DNA of 34,827 nucleotides. Origin: a bacterium (GTDB taxonomy: Bacteria; SZUA-182; DTGQ01; JAFGSM01). Shown here one piece after another: positions 29,273-34,827 of this stretch (position 1 is its first letter; every line of letters starts with the position of its first letter). Location of the stretch: the NCBI GenBank assembly GCA_049472355.1, contig JBLIRP010000036.1, forward strand, positions 1 through 34,827. Direction: 5' to 3'. Made by a program: the position numbers and the translations under genes. The notes under the pieces were generated by a model, which ran no database searches, was not told where the DNA came from, and saw nothing but the letters and a program-made list of their open reading frames with translations.

Positions 29273-29336
29273 AAATGCTCCTACCTTACGAGGGTGTGCT
29301 GTTAGCTGCTGGTGACTGTTGCCGACTTTTTTATAA

Positions 29337-29351
29337 GCAAGGAGCATTCCA
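29337..29351 (-). promoter_or_regulatory. Probable sigma54 promoter
   Basis: Minus strand TGGAAT-gctcc-TTGC (GG-N10-GC) with AT-rich upstream DNA. Confidence 0.55.
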
Positions 29352-29579
29352 GAGGGAAAAATTTTGACTATCTTTTATTTTTTCTAGAATATCAGTAATA
29401 AAGTTGCTTTTTTATATCCAAGTTACCCCATTTCTCATAAACCGACCATACAATGTATGATCAAGAGACATAGGTTTTATGGATATTCATGAAGAAGAGA
29501 TATCGGCACAATCGAAAGGAGGGGTATGGAACAGCCGGGCGCACTGCCGGCCTTTGGCACGGGTGGACGAAGCAGCGGT

Positions 29580-30461
29580 TTAGTGAGCGTTTGTCGAAAG
29601 GGCTTCACCCTGTGCATTCCTATAGAGATCCCGCGCCCTATAGGAGCTCCTGACAAATGGTCCGCTCGCTGCATCGGAAAATCCCATGCCGAGCGCGATC
29701 CCCTTCCACCGATCGAATTCCTCCGGAGGTACGAACCGTTCCACCGGCAGGTGATCCCTTGTCGGCTGGAGATACTGCCCCAGGGTCAGGATGCTGCAGC
29801 CTGCGGCACGCAGATCACCGAGGGTTTCCTTCACCTCCTCACCCGATTCCCCGAGTCCGAGCATGAGACCCGACTTCAATGGGATGCCGGGCGCATACGC
29901 CCCCGCATTTCTGAATATCTCGATGGAGCGATGATAGTCGGCACCGGGACGGACCAGGGGGTACAGGCGGGGTACCGTCTCGATATTGTGGTTCAGCACG
30001 GCAGGCCGGGCATCAAGGACCGTCCGGAGGGCATCGATGCTCCCCTGCAGGTCGGGAATCAGAACCTCAACGAGGGCATCGGGCACCCTTCCCCTGATTG
30101 CCTCGATCGTTGCCGCAAAAAGCCCTGTCCCGCCATCCGGGAGATCGTCCCGGGTAACCGAGGTAATCACCACATAGTGTAATCCCATTCTCTTGACCAT
30201 CTCTGCGACCCTGGCAGGTTCTTCAGTATCCGGAGGGCCGGATGGCCCGTGCTCGACCGCACAGAAACGGCACCTGCGCGTGCACCGGGGCCCCATAATG
30301 AGAAACGTCGCCGTATGGCGGGAAAAACATTCCCACATGTTGGGACATTGCGCCTCCTGGCATACGGTATGGACACGGCCTGCATGAATAAGCCCCCTCA
30401 CCTGCTCGAACGCACCCCCCTTGGGAAGTCTCCGCCTCAACCATGGGGGTTTTCTGACCAT
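29580..30461 (-). CDS. lipA: Lipoyl synthase
   Basis: RKPPWL, CQEAQCPNMWEC (CX4CX5C), CTRRCRFC, VTRDDLPDGG, NHNIETV, RSSY. Confidence 0.97.
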   Translation of the reverse strand: MVRKPPWLRRRLPKGGAFEQVRGLIHAGRVHTVCQEAQCPNMWECFSRHTATFLIMGPRCTRRCRFCAVEHGPSGPPDTEEPARVAEMVKRMGLHYVVITSVTRDDLPDGGTGLFAATIEAIRGRVPDALVEVLIPDLQGSIDALRTVLDARPAVLNHNIETVPRLYPLVRPGADYHRSIEIFRNAGAYAPGIPLKSGLMLGLGESGEEVKETLGDLRAAGCSILTLGQYLQPTRDHLPVERFVPPEEFDRWKGIALGMGFSDAASGPFVRSSYRARDLYRNAQGEALSTNAH

Positions 30462-30531
30462 CCTATTGTTATTTCCTTGATTTATATGACCCACGGTCAC
30501 TCTCTAATGCGCCAAAATGGGGTCACCAAAA

Positions 30532-30733
30532 TGGGGTCAGGTCTTGAAATATCAGTTTTTTGCATCAAACGCTCATGCCACTTTGTGGGGCCACGAAGAA
30601 TGAAAATATGATTCTATTTTCGGAACAAACCCTCATGCCCCTTCGGGGCGCCACTAAGAATCAAAATGCTATATTTTGAGATGAATACAGGATATTCTCG
30701 GAAAAAAAACTGTCAATTCAAGACCTGACCCCA
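30532..30733. mobile_element. MITE-like element with 17-bp perfect terminal inverted repeats
   Basis: tggggtcaggtcttgaa (30532-30548) and ttcaagacctgacccca (30717-30733); no internal ORF; two internal repeat units. Confidence 0.6.
30567..30680 (+). repeat. Two tandem 60-bp-period units related to the dispersed repeat (copies 3 and 4)
   Basis: aaac(g/c)ctcatgcc-hairpin-ccac.aagaat(g/c)aaaat...atttt at 30567 and 30627. Confidence 0.75.
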
Positions 30734-31417
30734 CGCCACCCCCGGGGGAGGGCTTTCCCTCAGTGTCACCCCGAACACGCTCTCTGTATGGCGTTTCACG
30801 TTCTCACGGATCTCCTCCATGCGCACCGTGCCCGAGATCTCCTGCGCAATCGAGGTCATCTCGATCCCCTTCAACCCGCAGGGATTGATCCAGGAGAACG
30901 CCTCCAGGGAATTCATCACATTGAGCGAGGCCCCGTGGAAGGAGATCCCCCGGCGGATGGCGATGCCCACGCTTCCGAGCTTCTTTTGCCCCACCCATAC
31001 CCCCCTGTTGAGGGGGCTCCGCATAGCCGTGACGCCGTAGTCCGCGGCAGCCCTCAGCATGACCTCCTCGAGGCGATCAATGAGATCAGCCACGCCAATG
31101 CCAGCCCGGCGAAGGTCGATGATCGGATAGATGACGATCTGACCGGGACCGTGGAAGGTGATGTCTCCCCCGCGCTCGATCCTGATGATCGAGATCCCCT
31201 TCGTCCGCAGAAAATCCCCGGTCACCCGGAGGTTTTCCAACCCGGCCCTGCGGCCGGAGGTATACACGGGATTATGCTCCGTGAGAATCACCACATCCCG
31301 ATCAAGGGACCCCTCTTTCCGCGCGGTTACGAGGGAATGCTGAAGGTCCCATACCTCCTTGTAGTCGACCACGGGAAGCTCGATGCAGAACCACTCAAGT
31401 GTTTTCCTTCCGACCAT
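30713..31417 (-). CDS. lipB: Octanoyltransferase
   Basis: EHNPVYTSGR, RGGDITFHGPGQ, KKLGSVG, HGASLNV, INPCG. Confidence 0.96.
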   Translation of the reverse strand: MVGRKTLEWFCIELPVVDYKEVWDLQHSLVTARKEGSLDRDVVILTEHNPVYTSGRRAGLENLRVTGDFLRTKGISIIRIERGGDITFHGPGQIVIYPIIDLRRAGIGVADLIDRLEEVMLRAAADYGVTAMRSPLNRGVWVGQKKLGSVGIAIRRGISFHGASLNVMNSLEAFSWINPCGLKGIEMTSIAQEISGTVRMEEIRENVKRHTESVFGVTLRESPPPGVAWGQVLN

Positions 31418-32832
31418 TATGTGTGGGCAGAGCTTATGCTTCCCCTGGAGGTAATTTTCCTGGGGGGAAGCCCAAGCCTCTTGATGCCCACCTCTGCGAT
31501 CTGGGTGATGGGATCGTACATCTGGGATACCGGGGGATTATAGGCAAGTTCGGTATCCAGGAGGTCATGAAGGCCCATCCCCGCCTGGATGGCAAGGCTG
31601 AACAGGTTGATCCGCCAGGAGGCCCCCTCCCTCCCCGCTGCCTGGGCTCCCAGGAGCCTTCCGGTCCCCGCCTCGCACACCACCCTCAGGTGAAGGGGAT
31701 GGGCATCCGGCATATAGTGGGGCCGTATCTCCCGGACGGTGGATACCGCCTTGGCATCGAACCCGAGCTTTTGAGCCCGCTCAAGGGTATAGCCGGTGGA
31801 TGCCACCTGCAGCCCCCCGATAACGGTGAGAAAGGTGTTGAGTGCACCCGGATAGGAGGTATCACCGCCTGCGGCGTTCACCCCCGCCGCCATCCCCTGC
31901 CGAAAGGCTGCGGTTGCAAGCTGCATGGTGTCCGGGGTGCCGTCGATGCGGGAATGCGTCCGAACAAGGTCACCCACCGCATACACATCAGCCGCCGAGG
32001 TCTCCATCCTGTCATTGACCACGATGAACCCCTTGTCGGTCTGCGCCCCCGCCATATCGGCAAGACCCAGGTCGCCTCTCATGCCCACGGCCATGACCAC
32101 GATGTCGCACTCGATGGTCTCCCCGGCGATCTCCACCGATTCCACCCGGTCCGTTCCATTGATCCGATCGATCCCCCTGCCGAACAGGACGCGCATGCCC
32201 ATCTTTTCCAGATGATCCGTGATGATCGTTCCCATGGCCGGATCCAGGTTACGGGGAAAGGGGTGCGGGGTCCTCTTGGTCACCGCCACATCGAGCCCCC
32301 GGCCCCTGAGTCCTACTGCCGCCTCCAGTCCCATGGCGCCGCCTCCCACCACCACCGCCCTCCCCTTCCGTGATTCCTGTGCGGCCTTGAGCAGGTCCCT
32401 TCCGGATTCGATGTTCCACAGGGCGTGCACCCCCCTTCCCATGAATTCCCGTGCACCGGGTATGGGGAGGATGACCGGGAGGGCGCCGAAGGCAAGGATA
32501 AGGGCATCGTACCCGATCTCCTTCTCCTCACCGGTGGCGGAGTCCTTCGCCCTCACCACCTTCCTTTTCTTATCAATTCCGATTGCCTCGTGCCGCAAAA
32601 GCTTGGTCAGCTTTGTGCCGAATGCGGGCACCTCGTACTTGAGGGCATCGAAGTCTTTGACTAAGCCCTCGACGACATAGGGAAGACCGCAGGGTGAGAA
32701 CTGGTCGAAGTCACGCCTCTCGATAATGGTGACATGGCACTTCCGGTTGAAGGAAAGGGCGGACTTGGAGGCATAGAGCCCCCCCACACCAAGGCCTATG
32801 ATGACAATCTCGAGGGACTCGGAAGCAGGCAT
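31417..32832 (-). CDS. FAD-dependent pyridine nucleotide-disulfide oxidoreductase (NADH oxidase / CoA-disulfide reductase family)
   Basis: IIGLGVGG, single-Cys FSPCGLPY, VVGGGAMGLE, TS..DVYAVGD, LAYNPP dimerisation motif. Confidence 0.9.
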   Translation of the reverse strand: MPASESLEIVIIGLGVGGLYASKSALSFNRKCHVTIIERRDFDQFSPCGLPYVVEGLVKDFDALKYEVPAFGTKLTKLLRHEAIGIDKKRKVVRAKDSATGEEKEIGYDALILAFGALPVILPIPGAREFMGRGVHALWNIESGRDLLKAAQESRKGRAVVVGGGAMGLEAAVGLRGRGLDVAVTKRTPHPFPRNLDPAMGTIITDHLEKMGMRVLFGRGIDRINGTDRVESVEIAGETIECDIVVMAVGMRGDLGLADMAGAQTDKGFIVVNDRMETSAADVYAVGDLVRTHSRIDGTPDTMQLATAAFRQGMAAGVNAAGGDTSYPGALNTFLTVIGGLQVASTGYTLERAQKLGFDAKAVSTVREIRPHYMPDAHPLHLRVVCEAGTGRLLGAQAAGREGASWRINLFSLAIQAGMGLHDLLDTELAYNPPVSQMYDPITQIAEVGIKRLGLPPRKITSRGSISSAHT

Positions 32833-32835
32833 CCC

Positions 32836-34293
32836 TTAACCCCCGAGGCAGGGCTTCCGTGCGGCGGTCACCTCATCCAGGCGTTTGACCTTGCACTTGA
32901 CCGGGGCATTGTGGAGAAGGTCGGGATTCTGCCCTGCCTCTTCGGCAATGGCCTTGAATGCCTCCACGAACCGGTCGAGGTCCTCCTTGGTCTCCGTTTC
33001 GGTCGGCTCGATCATGATGGCACCATGCACCACCAGAGGGAAATAGACCGTGGGCGGGTGGAATCCGTAATCCATGAGCCGCTTGGCCATATCCAGGGTG
33101 ACGACCCCCGACGCCTCCTGGTTCTTGTCCGAAAACACGCACTCGTGCATGCAGGGCCGATCGTAGGGAAGGTGCAGGGTCCCCTTCAACCGCTCCTTGA
33201 TGTAATTTGCATTCAAGACCGCAAGGGTGCTCGCCCGCTTCAGGTTCTCGGGCCCCATCATGCGGATGTAGCTGTACGCCTTGAGCATAACCCCCGCGTT
33301 TCCATAAAATGCCGAGACCTTGCCGATGGATTGGGGATGGTCGTACGAAAGGAGATATCCGTCACTCCCCTTCTCCACCCGGGGGACCGGGAGGAAGGGC
33401 GCAAGGTGTGCCTTTACGCACACGGGACCCGAGCCGGGCCCCCCGCCGCCGTGGGGCGTCGAGAAGGTCTTGTGGAGGTTCAGGTGCATCACGTCCACAC
33501 CGATCTCCCCCATTCGGACAATCCCCATGACCGCATTCAGGTTCGCGCCGTCGCAGTAAACCAGCCCGCCCTTTTCGTGGATGATGCCGGCGATCTCCCG
33601 GATGTTTTCCTCGAAAAGGCCGAGGGTGTTCGGGTTGGTCACCATGATCCCCGCGGTGTCCTCGTCCATGACCGCTGCGATGGACTCCACCGAGAGGATC
33701 CCCTGGTCGTTTGACCCCACCGGCACGGGTGTATACCCGCACAGGGCCACACTCGCGGGATTTGTCCCATGGGCGGTGTCCGGCACGATGATCTTGGATC
33801 GGCGGGCTCCCTTGCTCGTGTGGTATGCATGGATGAGGAGCATGCCGGTGAGCTCGCCGTGGGCACCTGCAGCAGGCTGAAGCGTGGTGGCATCCATACC
33901 GGTGATCTCGGCGAGGTATCCCTCCAGCTCGTACATCATCCTGAGCACCCCCTGGGAGAGAGTGCCGGGAAGGAGGGGATGGGCACCGGCGAATCCCGGG
34001 AGGCTCGCCTGTTTTTCATTGGTCTTTGGACTGTACTTCATGGTGCAGGAGCCGAGGGGATACATGCCGGTGTCCACACCGAAATTCCACTGAGAAAGGC
34101 GGGTGTAGTGCCGTACGACTTCCACCTCGGAGAGGTCGGGGAAATCGGGTCCCTCACCGGTCAGTGCTGAGGGAAGCGGAGCTGCCTCGACATCGCGCCG
34201 GGGCATGGAGAACCCCCTCCTCCCCTTTTTCCCCTTCTCCCACAGGAACGGTTCGTTCAGGATAAGACCGGTGGTTCCGACGGTTTCGCTCAT
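32836..34293 (-). CDS. gcvPB: Glycine dehydrogenase (decarboxylating) subunit 2
   Basis: YPLGSCTMKY, QPAAGAHGE, AHGTNPAS, TNPNTLG, HLNLHKTFSTPHGGGGPG; GGAGGT RBS. Confidence 0.97.
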   Translation of the reverse strand: MSETVGTTGLILNEPFLWEKGKKGRRGFSMPRRDVEAAPLPSALTGEGPDFPDLSEVEVVRHYTRLSQWNFGVDTGMYPLGSCTMKYSPKTNEKQASLPGFAGAHPLLPGTLSQGVLRMMYELEGYLAEITGMDATTLQPAAGAHGELTGMLLIHAYHTSKGARRSKIIVPDTAHGTNPASVALCGYTPVPVGSNDQGILSVESIAAVMDEDTAGIMVTNPNTLGLFEENIREIAGIIHEKGGLVYCDGANLNAVMGIVRMGEIGVDVMHLNLHKTFSTPHGGGGPGSGPVCVKAHLAPFLPVPRVEKGSDGYLLSYDHPQSIGKVSAFYGNAGVMLKAYSYIRMMGPENLKRASTLAVLNANYIKERLKGTLHLPYDRPCMHECVFSDKNQEASGVVTLDMAKRLMDYGFHPPTVYFPLVVHGAIMIEPTETETKEDLDRFVEAFKAIAEEAGQNPDLLHNAPVKCKVKRLDEVTAARKPCLGG

Positions 34294-34826
34294 GATCGCA
34301 CCTCCTGTATAAGGGCGTCCAGGTCCTGCCTGGAGAAGGTCTCCGTGACGCACATAAGGTAGTGTCCGGGAAGCTCGGGATAGTAAGGCTCAAGGGGAAG
34401 CCCCGCAACAAATCGCTTCTCGATAAGACGCCGGTACAGGGCCTCATGTTCTCCCGGAAACGCCACCACGAACTCGTTGAACGTGGGGGTGTCGAACGGA
34501 ATCCTGCATCCGGCGCCGGCAAGCCCCCGCTTCAGGTACTCGGCCTTGTCAAGGTTGAGCTGGGCAAGCTCATGCATGCCGGTCCTCCCCAGGGAGGCCA
34601 TGTATATGGCAGCAGTGAGTGCGCACAGGCTGTTGTTGGTGCAGATGTTGGAGGTTGCCCGCTCCCTGCGGATGTGCTGCTCCCTGGTGGCGAGGGTCAG
34701 GACGAATCCCCTCCTCCCGTCCAGGTCGGTGGTCTTTCCCACCAGCCTGCCGGGGAGGTTACGCATGTATTTCCGGAGGGTCGCGAGGATGCCGAGCCCG
34801 GGTCCGCCGAACGAGCGGGGTATGCC
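34290..34826 (-). CDS. gcvPA: Glycine dehydrogenase subunit 1 (partial, 5' end outside the window)
   Basis: FGGPGLG, PGRLVGKT, TREQHIRRERATSNICTN; ATGA overlap with gcvPB. Confidence 0.96.
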   Translation of the reverse strand, partial: GIPRSFGGPGLGILATLRKYMRNLPGRLVGKTTDLDGRRGFVLTLATREQHIRRERATSNICTNNSLCALTAAIYMASLGRTGMHELAQLNLDKAEYLKRGLAGAGCRIPFDTPTFNEFVVAFPGEHEALYRRLIEKRFVAGLPLEPYYPELPGHYLMCVTETFSRQDLDALIQEVRS

Positions 34827-34827
34827 C

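Noticed and set aside
30567..30680. 60-bp-period repeat as a mini-CRISPR
   Set aside because: Only two divergent units, and they belong to the dispersed hairpin family.

Overview
Bacterial chromosomal window, moderately GC-rich, with a Deltaproteobacteria-like gene repertoire (taxon is inference only). Housekeeping and envelope genes: UvrD/PcrA-family helicase, a MoxR-type AAA+ ATPase with a 610-aa uncharacterised partner, a PilZ protein, prmA, a rhomboid-TPR fusion, a wzi / SLBB-exporter / wzz polysaccharide-export trio, a GAF-sigma54 activator, NUDIX, a phytoene-desaturase-family FAD enzyme, a Dph6-like PP-loop ATPase, a YgiQ radical SAM protein, and the 3' end of a glycine-cleavage operon (gcvPA-gcvPB-[NOX/CoA-disulfide-reductase-like]-lipB-lipA). 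Most notable: (i) two convergent paralogous secreted Gly/Leu/Tyr-repeat proteins sharing an 'AEQAGTWxGTW' beta-rich domain, each side preceded by a sigma54 motif; (ii) a ~305-nt, essentially ORF-less unit bounded by a sigma54 promoter and a terminator, divergent from the sigma54 activator (candidate sRNA); (iii) an AT-rich decayed integron (deleted intI, frameshifted hicB, gene stubs, one intact beta-barrel gene); (iv) a dispersed double-hairpin repeat family with compensatory changes, two copies of which lie inside a 17-bp-TIR MITE-like element overlapping the end of lipB. No tRNA, rRNA or CRISPR array recognised.
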